32,000 nt of DNA from Ruminococcus albus 7 = DSM 20455 (GTDB lineage Bacteria > Bacillota > Clostridia > Oscillospirales > Ruminococcaceae), in the NCBI RefSeq assembly GCF_000179635.2, contig NC_014833.1, forward strand, positions 1,560,001 to 1,592,000, given 5' to 3'. Below, piece by piece: positions 31,762-32,000 of the stretch. Under the pieces are notes generated by a model, which worked only from the letters and a program-made list of their open reading frames with translations, made no database searches and was not told the DNA's origin. Every line of letters starts with the position of its first letter. Within the stretch, counting starts at the first letter, position 1. The position numbers and the translations under genes are program-made.

Positions 31762-32000
31762 ATGGATTTCCTTTTTGCTGATGATATTGCTGTAAAGCGC
31801 TATTATCTCAAACAGTACCTTTATAAGATCACTGGTTCAGAAAATATTGATCCAAACAGCAGAGGCGGAAATATCGATGCAAGAGACCTTCACATGGTCG
31901 AGCAGTTTATGGGAAGAACATTCGTTGATGTTGACGGCGAAAATCCAAACGCGCCTGCAGCAATTCTTAAACAGATATGCAACCGAATCGAAAACATCTA
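31762..32000 (+). CDS. Open reading frame running off the right edge, start unresolved (possibly a 5'-truncated gene remnant)
   Basis: The frame is open from 31642 to 32000 (...KYNGVATSGSVLSFEDAINGDESGETAQIYMDFLFADDIAVKRYYLKQYLYKITGSENIDPNSRGGNIDARDLHMVEQFMGRTFVDVDGENPNAPAAILKQICNRIENI). The first ATG is at 31762 and has no SD. No family recognised. Confidence 0.2.
   Translation, partial: MDFLFADDIAVKRYYLKQYLYKITGSENIDPNSRGGNIDARDLHMVEQFMGRTFVDVDGENPNAPAAILKQICNRIENI

Noticed and set aside
31700-31900. Dockerin/EF-hand-like loops (INGDESGE..., DPNSRGGNIDARD) in the terminal ORF
   Set aside because: The spacing of the Ca-ligand positions is off by one, and the first loop is poor. This does not support a dockerin call.
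1-32000. Search for CRISPR arrays, rRNA genes, integrase/recombinase, relaxase or T4SS genes
   Set aside because: None found. There are no regularly spaced direct repeats and no recognisable motifs for these functions on either strand within the window.

Overview
This is a Clostridia-type chromosomal segment. It most likely comes from a cellulosome-producing, Ruminococcus-like organism, an inference from the dockerin-bearing glycoside hydrolases, since the window holds no rRNA. All protein-family calls below are by-eye motif recognition and were not confirmed by searches.

Layout:
(i) 1-1500: the 5' part of an IS5/IS1182-type transposase gene, open at the left edge and absent from the ORF track, plus a class III Fic AMPylase.
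(ii) 1.9-5.6 kb: YtrA/GntR regulator, ABC ATPase, two ABC-2-type membrane proteins and a CPBP intramembrane protease.
(iii) 6.0-7.4 kb: a MATE exporter.
(iv) 7.9-20.6 kb: four plant-cell-wall enzymes (three with recognisable promoters of their own), namely a GH5_8 mannanase, a CBM35-GH26-dockerin mannanase, a GH9-CBM3-dockerin endoglucanase and a CBM22-GH10-Fn3 xylanase. Small membrane proteins and a TraB/GumN lipoprotein lie between them.
(v) 20.8-23.2 kb: a rhodanese-TusA-DsrE fusion, an HD hydrolase and TcdA in one tight operon.
(vi) tRNA-Ser(GGA) at 23440-23532.
(vii) Directly downstream: a one-directional, translationally coupled array of eight small genes of the kind carried by conjugative elements and phages. 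It holds an amidoligase, a gamma-glutamylcyclotransferase, unknowns, three ribbon-helix-helix units and a DUF4314 protein.
(viii) An AT-rich gap, a tandem pair of ~454-aa mosaic paralogues, and a start-less ORF running off the right edge.

The best candidates for new biology are:
- the amidoligase/GGCT writer-eraser pair behind a terminator-containing leader;
- an acidic C-terminal tail ending in a Met-containing motif, shared by seven of the eight array proteins;
- the mosaic tandem paralogues;
- the sulfur-carrier fusion coupled to tcdA.

No CRISPR array, rRNA or recognisable integrase/relaxase is present.
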